NCBI GenBank assembly: GCA_964019425.1
Contig: OZ025797.1
Location: forward strand, 62,001-126,000
DNA length: 64,000 nt
Source of the DNA: Flectonema sp. DT1601
Lineage: Eukaryota
Direction of reading: 5' to 3'
Shown here one piece after another: positions 56,937 to 64,000 of this stretch. The notes under the pieces were generated by a model. It made no database searches and was not told where the DNA came from. It was given only the letters and a program-made list of their open reading frames with translations. The position numbers were made by a program, and so were the translations under genes. The stretch's first letter is position 1, and the number at the start of each line of letters is the position of its first letter.

Positions 56937-57464
56937 CTATGGAACAAAAATCATAAGTAAAATTCCCAAACCGATAGCACAAGAGTAAACCTGATACATG
57001 AGGATGTGAATACCACCAACCCAATGAAATAAGAGAGAGAAAGTTAACATCCACAAAGTCATCAATCCCCAGTTAGGTATCAAACTAATAGGGCGACGAT
57101 ATTCATCGCTGTTGTGTTCTTGGTGGCGTCTACGAAGAACAAGTTCACCTTTAGCATGTCTATTCCATATAAAATACATCAAAGTTCCAACACAAAGTAC
57201 ATAAGTTACAATTGACGTTATTGGAACAGGTGGGAATTCATAATAGAATGAAAACATGAATTCAACAATTTGATAAATCCATTCGCTGACTTGAATAGAC
57301 CAAATAGTGTAATGATAATCAACAGTCATTCCTGTTAATGATGAATATGGGAGATCAACTTCCTTAAGTCTGTCAGGAACAATTATAAAACACGCAAACG
57401 CACATGCTGACGTCGCAGTCCATACCCAAGGTTCTATAGCTCCGAAGTCATCCGCTGTAGTCAT
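56937..57464 (-). CDS. Small multi-pass membrane protein
   Basis: 175-aa ORF with about four hydrophobic segments. Confidence 0.7.
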   Translation of the reverse strand: MTTADDFGAIEPWVWTATSACAFACFIIVPDRLKEVDLPYSSLTGMTVDYHYTIWSIQVSEWIYQIVEFMFSFYYEFPPVPITSIVTYVLCVGTLMYFIWNRHAKGELVLRRRHQEHNSDEYRRPISLIPNWGLMTLWMLTFSLLFHWVGGIHILMYQVYSCAIGLGILLMIFVP

Positions 57465-57934
57465 TTGTTATTATTATTTTTATTTTTTTTATTTTATTTT
57501 TTTCTCGCTGATTTTAGTAAAAATACATAAAACGAAAAAAGAAAAACACCCAATTTTTTTGTATTTTATCCTCATTATCACAGTCATAATATTAATATAT
57601 ACCTGTTGAACAAGACAATAATAAAAAATAACACTAACCAAAACATGAATAAGTTAACAATACATAAAATAAATTACCATAATCTACAGAAATAAGGGAG
57701 AGGAGATCCAAACAACTTCAAGTAAGAAATTGACGACCACTACGGTGGAAAGAAGAAAAAAAAGGAAATTACAAAAAAAAATAAATTGGGTTAAGGAGAA
57801 ATATAAAGAAGATACAAAAAAGGGGGAAGAAAGAAAAAAAAAAAAAAAAAAACTGCCTTGCAATAATTGAATTGCAAGGCTATATCCATTAAGAGCCGTC
57901 AGCATCAAAATGATTATTATTAACAAAAATATTT

Positions 57935-60082
57935 TTATCTCCTTCCATAAGGAGGTGTTGGATTATTCATAAATATAGAACTGTCACTGTGGTCTGTGTG
58001 GCTTAATTTCCTCGTTGATGATAAGGGAAATAACGACCCAGTAGGTCCCTGCATATTAATATCAAAACCATCATCAGGATACTGCAAAGAGTTTATTGTG
58101 TGATTTCTTATTGGAGATGGTGGTCCAGAAGGTTGATTCCATTCAATATTTTTACGAGGAGTAAACCCAGTTGAATATTTTTCAATAGTCTGAAGATTTT
58201 GAAGTCTCGACGTGAGATCTGCAACCTGGGCATCCTTCGCACCAACTTCAGCTTTATATTTCTTTAATTCCTCTTCTTGAAACCTGAACGTGGTATCATA
58301 GTATTCCCTCATCTTCGCTGCTTCAGTATCCAAGTGATCCGCAGCGTTCTTATGTTTTGCTTTGAAATTTGATACCTCAGAGGCCATCAACTTTCTTGCG
58401 GTGACGCCTTCTCTCGCAAGAGATTCAAGTCGTTGAGACATTTCAATATTTTCTTGTTTTATATCACGGTGTTTCTTTTGAGCTTTATTAGTCTTTTTAG
58501 CGAGTTGAGAAAATTCTTTTTGAATTGAGAGAGAGTCTTTGTTTTTAGTTGCGATCTCAGAAGACATTCGACGGATCTCTTCCTCCATTTCAGCTCGTTC
58601 TATTCTCCATGAACGATCATTGCGGAGAAGTCGAAGAATTTCAAGTTCGTCTCCTTTTTGTTTTTCTCTGAAGTGTTGACGAATTTCACCGACCTTTAGT
58701 TCAGCGTCTTCGCGTTCTTGTCTGATTTGTCGAGTTTCTTGTTCACTCTCACGTTGGGATCTTTCTAGTCTGAGGATCTTTTCTTCGAGTTGAGAGCGTT
58801 GCTCTTCCAGCGCTGGTACTTTTTTCATTAACTCTGACCTATCAGATTCTTTTCTATAGAGCTGTTCTTTGAGTGTTTTTAAACTACGCATGCGATCCTC
58901 TCGTTCGTCTGAGAGGGCAGAGAGAGCTGTGTGCTTCTCAGACCTTGCTTTGTCTAACTCTTGTCTCATCGCATCCATCTTAGATTGCAGTTCTTTTTCA
59001 TTCTCTGATGCAGTTGCTATGGATAGCAGCGCTTCTTCTTTTTCAATTAAAATCTTTTTCATTTCATGTTGTCTCCGCTGTTTTTCTAGTCGGATTGCTT
59101 CTGCTTCCTTCTCTTGTAAGTCTTTGTAGTCTTCGAGTTGTTTCTTTGCGAGATTTGTAAGATTTTCTTGTTTTGACTGTGATTCCAGAGCATGCTGTCT
59201 GTTTGACTCAACTTGATGAAGTTCATCTTGAAGATTATTAATTTCCTCACCATGTTGATCTACAACTCGTTTTAATTTTGTTCCGTTGTCTCGTCTCTCG
59301 TTGCGGACTGCTTCGAGGATGGCTCTGCTGCGTTCTGTTCTCTCGATTGCCATTCTGTCTTCAACTTCTTCGACTTCAATTCGATAGTGTTCACACCAAA
59401 GGTATAGTTCTTCTCGTGATTTAGTGTTAAAAACAGTTGCTAATCTTCTCGACTGTGCTTCCATGTCTTGTTGAATCCTCTCAACGTCAAACTGGAGGTG
59501 TCTCGCCTCAGCTCGTGCCGCTGCGTGTTCAGTTTGTGATACCTGGAGTTCACTTTCTAGGGTGGCGTATCTCTCGTCGTGGGTAGAAACTTTCTTTTGG
59601 AGATCAAGAATTGAATTGTCTCGAAGGGCTTCAGATTGCTTGAGTCGAGTGTTTTCATCTTCGAGTGTCCTTATAGTTAAGAGTTGCTCTGATTGTTTTG
59701 ATTTCAGGGCTTCTAATTCAGCAGATGGAGGAGGAGGCTGTTCAATTGGTACAACAGCTGGCTCAACTATGGGTGTTCCAAGATCTTGATTTGGTGGAGT
59801 CGGTGGAGCAACAACCGCAGCCGGGACAACAGGAGGCGTTCGACTTACTTGTGGAATAGGGGGCGCAGCTGTCGCTCGGAATCCACCTCTACTAGTGCCT
59901 CCTTTCCTAGCGGCTTGTGCTGCTTTCATTGCTTCCATCTTTGCAGCTCGCTCAGCAATCTGAGCAGATAATGCATTGGATGACATGATCACCCCCCTCC
60001 CTGATGAATAAATTAAAATAAATAATAAACACATTACTGTTGGATACATCAGTCTTGACCTCCGCACGCTCATCAACCTCAT
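57935..60082 (-). CDS. Coiled-coil protein (true start probably ATG at 59986, MSSNAL)
   Basis: Long E/K/Q/R-rich heptads after a Pro-rich segment. Confidence 0.8.
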   Translation of the reverse strand: MRLMSVRRSRLMYPTVMCLLFILIYSSGRGVIMSSNALSAQIAERAAKMEAMKAAQAARKGGTSRGGFRATAAPPIPQVSRTPPVVPAAVVAPPTPPNQDLGTPIVEPAVVPIEQPPPPSAELEALKSKQSEQLLTIRTLEDENTRLKQSEALRDNSILDLQKKVSTHDERYATLESELQVSQTEHAAARAEARHLQFDVERIQQDMEAQSRRLATVFNTKSREELYLWCEHYRIEVEEVEDRMAIERTERSRAILEAVRNERRDNGTKLKRVVDQHGEEINNLQDELHQVESNRQHALESQSKQENLTNLAKKQLEDYKDLQEKEAEAIRLEKQRRQHEMKKILIEKEEALLSIATASENEKELQSKMDAMRQELDKARSEKHTALSALSDEREDRMRSLKTLKEQLYRKESDRSELMKKVPALEEQRSQLEEKILRLERSQRESEQETRQIRQEREDAELKVGEIRQHFREKQKGDELEILRLLRNDRSWRIERAEMEEEIRRMSSEIATKNKDSLSIQKEFSQLAKKTNKAQKKHRDIKQENIEMSQRLESLAREGVTARKLMASEVSNFKAKHKNAADHLDTEAAKMREYYDTTFRFQEEELKKYKAEVGAKDAQVADLTSRLQNLQTIEKYSTGFTPRKNIEWNQPSGPPSPIRNHTINSLQYPDDGFDINMQGPTGSLFPLSSTRKLSHTDHSDSSIFMNNPTPPYGRR

Positions 60083-60271
60083 GTCGTCAATTTGATTATC
60101 ATCTGTGAATTAAGTTGATAATGATAATAGTAATATCATTCCCTTTAGTGATTAATTGAATGAGGTTAGGTCGTCACGTTAGACTTTAGTGTCAGTTGGC
60201 TGACGTGTATAACATCCTACTCGATGTGAATTAGTATTTCAATGCAGTCATTATTAACAAGTGAGCTACTT

Positions 60272-61330
60272 TCAAAGGCTCAACTTCATTGGTCTCAGAG
60301 CTGATTGACTTCTTCTAGTCGGTCGTATCGCAGCATCCGGAGGAGACTCAGAAATAATAACATCGGATGAAGTTTTGGTTGTTCGCATCCATTCTTGAAG
60401 CGCACTTTTGTTGGGAAAGCCAAAGAACCGCCGAGCTCTTTCAAGTGAATTCGACGAAGGGGTAGAACTGCTTCGGGTGAGAGATTTGTGTTTTCTAAGC
60501 AGATCAAGTTTTGCTTCTGCTTCATAAAGATTATTAGGACAAGAACGACGTCGTTCTTTTTTTCGTTCTTCCCTCGCAGCGGCGTACTTTAACGTGGGGC
60601 ACTGTGGTGATCTCTGCTTTTCAGATGATTTCTTCTCACGTCGTAGTTCCGTTACCTCTTGACGGAGTTCCTTAACTTCGTTTACTAACCAATCAACTTT
60701 TGGTAATAAAGATTCCATAGAAGCAACTTTTGATTCTAACGCGAGAAATCTCATATCACAATATTTCTTTATGTCTGTAGCTTGCGGCATTACACGAGCT
60801 GCGAGTGAAAGCATTTCTTCAAAACCAGAACTTTGAGGTGGTCGATTACCTGATGGAGCTCCAAGACTTGCCATCTGAGCAGACTGAGGAGGAGGACAAC
60901 TGCTACCACATTCATAGCTGAGACGTAACCCTTTTATGATGCAACTGTTAGTTGGTTGGCTAAGTGAAAATAATTTTAATACGATAGGAGACTTACTCTT
61001 TCGATCACATGCGATACTACAATGCCATGTTCCTTGAGATATTGGTTCCTTAGCTCGGTTACTTTGCCAATATTCCTCCTTTCCTGATGATGAAGTTCCG
61101 TAAACTTCTACTATTCTAGCAGATGATACGAGGTCTATGTGTGATATTTTATTAATCCCTTCAAACGCTATTTGTAATTCACATCTCTTCGGTCCGTCTG
61201 CCGGTTTTGATAAAGTAACAAAACTACTTTCTGCGATCCAACAGCCTGCAGCTGTCCCTTCTTCACATTTAAAACAGTTAATTATATCACTGTCACTGTT
61301 CCATGGACATGCTATCTGCACATTATGCAT
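60272..61330 (-). CDS. Protein with PAAT/C10orf88-like N-terminal domain
   Basis: IDLVSSARIVEVY..EEYW and LKLFSL recall the PAAT motif SSARNMEVY..EEY (from memory). Confidence 0.6.
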   Translation of the reverse strand: MHNVQIACPWNSDSDIINCFKCEEGTAAGCWIAESSFVTLSKPADGPKRCELQIAFEGINKISHIDLVSSARIVEVYGTSSSGKEEYWQSNRAKEPISQGTWHCSIACDRKSKSPIVLKLFSLSQPTNSCIIKGLRLSYECGSSCPPPQSAQMASLGAPSGNRPPQSSGFEEMLSLAARVMPQATDIKKYCDMRFLALESKVASMESLLPKVDWLVNEVKELRQEVTELRREKKSSEKQRSPQCPTLKYAAAREERKKERRRSCPNNLYEAEAKLDLLRKHKSLTRSSSTPSSNSLERARRFFGFPNKSALQEWMRTTKTSSDVIISESPPDAAIRPTRRSQSALRPMKLSL

Positions 61331-61469
61331 TTTTTGAGGGGTTATTTTTTTTTTTCCTGTTTTTTTTTTTTTTTTGAAAAATTAAAAATAACTCTTGTTT
61401 TTTTTTTTTTTTTCAAAAAAAAACACACAACAAAAGTAAAAGACAGATTGGGAAATCAGTCTCGAAGAG

Positions 61470-61832
61470 TCATCTCACAACGAGGTCACATATTTCATCA
61501 TAAGAAGAGCACTCAGAGTGAAGTATAATTCCATGAGCTGTAGTACTGCTACTAACATTATCAGTTACAGTAGACTCTAACAGTGATAAGACTTGAGCGT
61601 TACCATTACACATCGCATAGTCTCTGGCACACCAACCAGCAGGACCTCCAAGCTGGACATCAGCACCCGATGACAGTAACATTTTAACAATATCTGACCA
61701 TCCTATTGTGCTTGCAATTTGTAACATTGTCAAACCATCTTCATTTCTTAAGTCAGGGTCTGTACCTTGAGATAATTGATATCTAACTGCTTCTACGTCT
61801 CCGTTCCAAACACATTCATGTACAGTGCTCAT
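61470..61832 (-). CDS. Small ankyrin-repeat protein
   Basis: GDVEAVRYQLSQGTDPD, DGLTMLQIAS, IVKMLLSSGADV. Confidence 0.85.
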   Translation of the reverse strand: MSTVHECVWNGDVEAVRYQLSQGTDPDLRNEDGLTMLQIASTIGWSDIVKMLLSSGADVQLGGPAGWCARDYAMCNGNAQVLSLLESTVTDNVSSSTTAHGIILHSECSSYDEICDLVVR

Positions 61833-62031
61833 GACATCACTGAGAGTACCTTAAAAATGAAATATATTAAGCACCAGTCAGGTACCGGGTAGTATGTTCA
61901 CATTTTAACTGAAAAGTAAATGCAAAAAAAATTTCAAAAAAAAAAAAAAAAAAAAAATTGGCGACATAAAAAAAAAAAAGCAAGTACCCGATTTGCGGAT
62001 TCGGTTGTGTAAATGTAATATCGAACTAGAG

Positions 62032-63939
62032 TCACTGAATTGGATTAGCTCTGGATATATCTACAGCCTCAGTTACAACAGAGTTGAGTATCATTCGATG
62101 GTGTCTTGGAGATGTCGATCTCGGAGTGTAGTTAGAGGACGACTTAACTCCACAATCATCAATTACAGGAGGCAGCATTCTTCGAAGTGAACTATTCCTA
62201 ACTTGAATACCCTCAACAGGAGATGATGATGTTGGAGATGTGCATTCCACAAACCTTGATGGCCGTTGAATAGATTTCCTACACCGAACTGGAGGTTTCA
62301 CCACAACAAGATTTGGTAAGAAACACGGAGGTTCTCTGTGTTGTTCAGTAACGTCTGACTCGCTGTCATTTTGTTTCTTAAACTGTTGAGTGCTGGTACT
62401 GAGGTCTTTTAGTATAACTTTAATACGCTCACTCTGCGTCTGCTGATATGTCTTAGCAGGTATTGGTTGCATAAACCTTTTCAATGCCAAGTCACTTGGA
62501 AATCCCAACACCAAATGCAATGCCTTAGCAGGTTTTCGATTACTGTTAATATCAAATGAAGGTCTCGAAACTGATGTATTCTCACACAAGGGTGCAATTG
62601 GAATAACATAAAGTGATTTATTATTATTCGCTACACTCATCCGTGTTGGTGAACTCTGCAATGAGTCTGGATGTCTCTGTTTAGGTACAGTGCGAAATCC
62701 CTTCTTCTTTGCTTTTGGAACACTAATATTGATGTGAGGTACGGCTCTTTCCTCTATTGGGATGTCAACACCAGTGACATCGTTTGCAAGTCTGTATGTC
62801 GTAAGAAGCGATTCGATGACACCTTTTACTGTTAAGTTGTCAAGAAGTAGATTACTTTTAGAAATTGGTTTTGGTGGTTTTTTTGGAGCATCTAGAATCT
62901 TACAATAATCGTACTGACTGAGAGAAGTATACCGTTTTTGTTCTAAATTATAAAACCGATGAGCACTTTCATAATGTGAAAGTGACTTGACGTGAGACTC
63001 TCTTCTTCGCTTGTCTAATTGTAATAACACAGCGTGTCTTACTGAGAAGGGTACAAACGACTCTGGAACAATACAAGGGATTGGATCCACAGGAAATGGT
63101 GAATACGCTAATGGAAGTTCTCTGAACACCTCATAAGGATGAAATTGATAAGCACTTGACTCGTGTGGTAGCCTTCGAAGAACTTTAGCTACCTCAAACC
63201 AATCAACTTGTCTAACGTTGCATTCTATTCGAAGCCACTGTCGGTGGTATAGACTTATTCGTGCGAAATTCCTTACTCTAAGTCTTCTGTATCGTTGTTG
63301 AATTCGTATGACACATTTCAATAGTTTGCAGCATGCATGACGTATTTGGTTTCCCTTACCTACGGCTTTGAGAATTACTTTTATCATCGCAACTTGATCG
63401 TGTTTTTTTGCTTCTCGTCTTTTTAAAATAGTTCTCTTGAGCCCTTTTGATATTATTGCGAGAGAGTTATCCTCAAGTAACTTTCTACGAGCAGAAGCAT
63501 GCTTGATGTCTGTAATAGTTTGACTTAACATTGATGAGTGTGCATGCCATTCAGAAATGACGTTGAAGTACCAAAGCCTCCTAACTAATTCGAATATCGA
63601 AAACCATTTCTCACTGAGTTCTCTTTTTATTTTTACTTTTCCTGGAACTGGAGGTCTACCAGTGTCAGACTTCGTCGTTCCTTCTTGAAGAGGTTTTCTG
63701 TGTAGTTGCTTAGTATTCATTCCGTGTTCTAAACAGGATTTATTCCACCTCACAAAGTTTATTCTTTCCTTTGCCATTCGTCGTCGTTGTTGTGTTTTTC
63801 TTTCAAGTTGTTTTTTCTCAGCCGATAGTCTGAAATGATCATACAGACTTCCACCTGATTTCGCACTTTTTCGCAGTTCATCAATCTGAGTTTCAATAAG
63901 TTTTTTAATTGTACTGCTGTCATGTTTACGTTCACTCAT
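62032..63939 (-). CDS. Basic hypothetical protein with an IQ-like motif
   Basis: 635-aa ORF; VIRIQQRYRRLRVR. Confidence 0.7.
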   Translation of the reverse strand: MSERKHDSSTIKKLIETQIDELRKSAKSGGSLYDHFRLSAEKKQLERKTQQRRRMAKERINFVRWNKSCLEHGMNTKQLHRKPLQEGTTKSDTGRPPVPGKVKIKRELSEKWFSIFELVRRLWYFNVISEWHAHSSMLSQTITDIKHASARRKLLEDNSLAIISKGLKRTILKRREAKKHDQVAMIKVILKAVGKGNQIRHACCKLLKCVIRIQQRYRRLRVRNFARISLYHRQWLRIECNVRQVDWFEVAKVLRRLPHESSAYQFHPYEVFRELPLAYSPFPVDPIPCIVPESFVPFSVRHAVLLQLDKRRRESHVKSLSHYESAHRFYNLEQKRYTSLSQYDYCKILDAPKKPPKPISKSNLLLDNLTVKGVIESLLTTYRLANDVTGVDIPIEERAVPHINISVPKAKKKGFRTVPKQRHPDSLQSSPTRMSVANNNKSLYVIPIAPLCENTSVSRPSFDINSNRKPAKALHLVLGFPSDLALKRFMQPIPAKTYQQTQSERIKVILKDLSTSTQQFKKQNDSESDVTEQHREPPCFLPNLVVVKPPVRCRKSIQRPSRFVECTSPTSSSPVEGIQVRNSSLRRMLPPVIDDCGVKSSSNYTPRSTSPRHHRMILNSVVTEAVDISRANPIQ

Positions 63940-64000
63940 CTAGTCTGTTGACGTCTTTACGATGATCGCATCTTTTGTATTTATATTACTGTAGAATTAA

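Noticed and set aside
2942..61337. Plus-strand ORFs overlapping genes
   Set aside because: Antisense shadows of real CDSs.
1..64000. tRNA, rRNA or telomeric repeats
   Set aside because: No cloverleaf, rRNA signature or TTAGGG array seen by eye.

Overview
AT-rich eukaryotic nuclear DNA. About 28 protein-coding genes all lie on the minus strand, almost all intronless, separated by poly(A)/poly(T)-rich spacers. This layout, a VP39-like cap methyltransferase, a fungal-type homoaconitase and occasional GT-AG introns suggest (inference) a euglenozoan, probably diplonemid-like, polycistronic gene cluster. Recognisable host genes: GGPP synthase, plant-like UDP-xylose 4-epimerase, Vps20, homoaconitase, Vps68/TMEM50, an intron-containing amino-acid transporter, a theta GST, a 7TM-ankyrin fusion and several coiled-coil proteins. 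The accessory DNA is most interesting. (1) A Penelope-like retroelement (~22020-26117) with ~732-bp pseudo-LTRs, whose RT is fused to a C-terminal OTU cysteine-protease domain and zinc fingers. (2) A 4-copy tandem array of small surface-protein genes, two units carrying a decayed pogo-like transposon with a Ulp1/adenain-like protease remnant. (3) A MITE-like inverted-repeat element with a structured GC-rich core, bracketed by ~300-bp direct repeats. All calls are by eye; no searches were run.
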